From NCBI RefSeq assembly GCF_009914755.1, contig NC_060925.1: a stretch of 64,000 bases of DNA. The stretch is one strand, 5' to 3'. This document shows, in pieces, positions 63,266 through 64,000 of this stretch (position 1 is its first letter; every line of letters begins with the position of its first letter). Both the position numbers and the translations under genes were made by a program. The stretch comes from the human T2T-CHM13v2.0 reference genome, Homo sapiens. The notes beneath the pieces were generated by a model that ran no database searches, had not been told where the DNA came from, and saw only the letters and a program-made list of their open reading frames with translations.

Positions 63266-64000
63266 GTGTGTATATATATACACACACACATCACACACAA
63301 TATAAAGTCTCCAGAGGCAGCCTATATAAGCACATAAGCACACAGGTCTGGAAAAGGAAATAGCATCCTCCACTCATGAGCTTTACAGCTATGTCCCTGA
63401 TGAAAACTAGAGAATCTTCCTTGATTGCTGGCACCATTAATCGCAACTGTTCCAAGATTATCCTTAGTGGAGAGAGGGGTGCAGGGATGCAGAAAACCAG
63501 GAAGAGGCCAATTTGGCTGGGGTATTGTTTGCTCAGCAGGCTAGAGCTTGATCATGGGACTTTCCAGCTTCCTGGGGCCCTTCAAATGAAGGAACCATCC
63601 AAGCACGACAACAAAAGGAAACTGGGTCGCTGGATCCCACGTGAAGGCAGAACTGGGGCAAGCACAGAGCATGTTCAAACCCTCAGGAGCTGAGACTCAC
63701 CCCCGCCAAAGCCAGCCAGGCCTCTCTTCTTGCTTTTCTATCCCATTTCTTAGCCTGGAGCTGATGTGCTCCTTTCCAGCCCCACCTGGCAGGTCAAAGT
63801 CCTTGCCCTACACTTCATAGGCTAAAAAGGCAGTAATGTTAGCAGCTGACATGGAAATTGTTTGGTAGCAAAGTGCGCCCCTGAATATTCTCTTCCTCCC
63901 AGCTCCTCCTATTGCTTTCTCTAGCAGCCCAGAGCATTTATTCACTCATACAAACAAGGCATTCGGTGTCTAGGGAATCATTTTCAAGGAGAAGCAGGGC
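62510..64000 (-). other. Probable distal 3' UTR of a gene continuing beyond the right edge (gene not identified)
   Basis: Largely free of interspersed repeats; AU-rich end with poly(A) signal; multiple UGUANAUA elements on the minus strand. Confidence 0.55.
63212..63298. repeat. Compound (CT)n(TA)n(TG)n(TA)n(CA)n microsatellite
   Basis: Seen directly. Confidence 0.95.

Noticed and set aside
62510-64000. Assigning a gene symbol to the 3' UTR
   Set aside because: No coding sequence in the window and I do not reliably recognise the UTR; needs BLAT

Overview
Simian-primate (most likely human) non-coding DNA; no prokaryotic features, CRISPR array, rRNA/tRNA gene or convincing protein-coding exon was found. 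A large part of the window is interspersed repeat: Alu J/S and FLAM, many MIR and L2 relics, old L1M 3' ends, solo LTRs (MER4A1, MST, MLT1, MLT2, LTR16-like) and DNA transposons (MER5, MER45, MADE1). The repeat-free parts contain an orphan CpG island (~24.3-24.9 kb) and several short blocks with developmental-enhancer-like motif clusters (SOX-POU, homeodomain, PBX-HOX/MEIS). At the right edge is what looks like the distal 3' UTR and poly(A) site of a minus-strand gene that I cannot name, with a dense cluster of Pumilio elements. The clearest structural oddity is a 234-bp copy of nearby unique sequence inserted inside an Alu, which creates a plausible chimeric exon. There is also a 57-bp AT-rich palindrome. 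Repeat subfamily calls come from remembered consensus sequences and boundaries are approximate. I found no solid evidence for a wholly new biological system; the best leads are listed as testable hypotheses.
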